A stretch of 63,067 bases of DNA, the filler included, from Bigelowiella natans CCMP2755 (lineage: Eukaryota; Protista; Cercozoa): assembly GCA_000320545.1 (NCBI GenBank). It is 7 parts of 7 records of this genome, joined end to end, with 100 filler letters (N's around TTAATTAATTAA, not from the genome) between each part and the next. Parts side by side here need not be neighbours in the genome. Positions count along the whole stretch, not along the records: positions 51,262 to 63,067 come from ADNK01001810.1; 6 more parts are not named here. The stretch is one strand, 5' to 3'. The position numbers and the translations under genes are program-made. Positions 63,039 to 63,067 of the stretch are shown piece after piece. The notes beneath the pieces are model-generated. The model made no database searches. It was given only the letters and a program-made list of their open reading frames with translations, and was not told the origin of the DNA. How positions within the stretch are numbered: position 1 is the stretch's first letter; every line of letters starts with the position of its first letter.

Positions 63039-63067
63039 GGGGGTGTGGTCTATCTTATCTGATACGG

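Overview
Eukaryotic nuclear DNA from an intron-rich protist. The microsatellite-filled introns and gene content are reminiscent of a chlorarachniophyte such as Bigelowiella, but that is a stylistic guess. Six artificial 100-nt N/TTAATTAATTAA linkers split the window, and each one truncates the genes next to it. Genes reconstructed by hand from GT/GC-AG splicing, in order: a 7-TM GPCR-like protein; a mosaic PARP (zf-PARP x2, PADR1, SAP x2, WGR, PARP3-like catalytic domain); an RNI-like LRR protein; mitochondrial RbfA; an intronless MOFRL glycerate kinase with a PTS2-like motif; partial ATM1/ABCB7; partial, divergent PPAN/Ssf1; partial SPT6; partial phospholipase B-like; partial carotenoid oxygenase; a MerA-like flavoprotein disulfide reductase with a C-terminal membrane anchor; partial ABCA; NAD-type isocitrate dehydrogenase; a RING protein with a SAM-like domain inserted inside the RING; and a single-zinc-finger regulator. 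The strongest unexplained signal is a ~1.1 kb non-coding tract (4127-5247) almost completely lacking TAC/TAT/GTA/ATA while keeping CTAG/CTAA and CpG, which suggests context-specific, RIP-like A-to-G hypermutation. Other leads are the RING-nested SAM domain, the PARP mosaic, and complementary simple repeats at opposite ends of introns.
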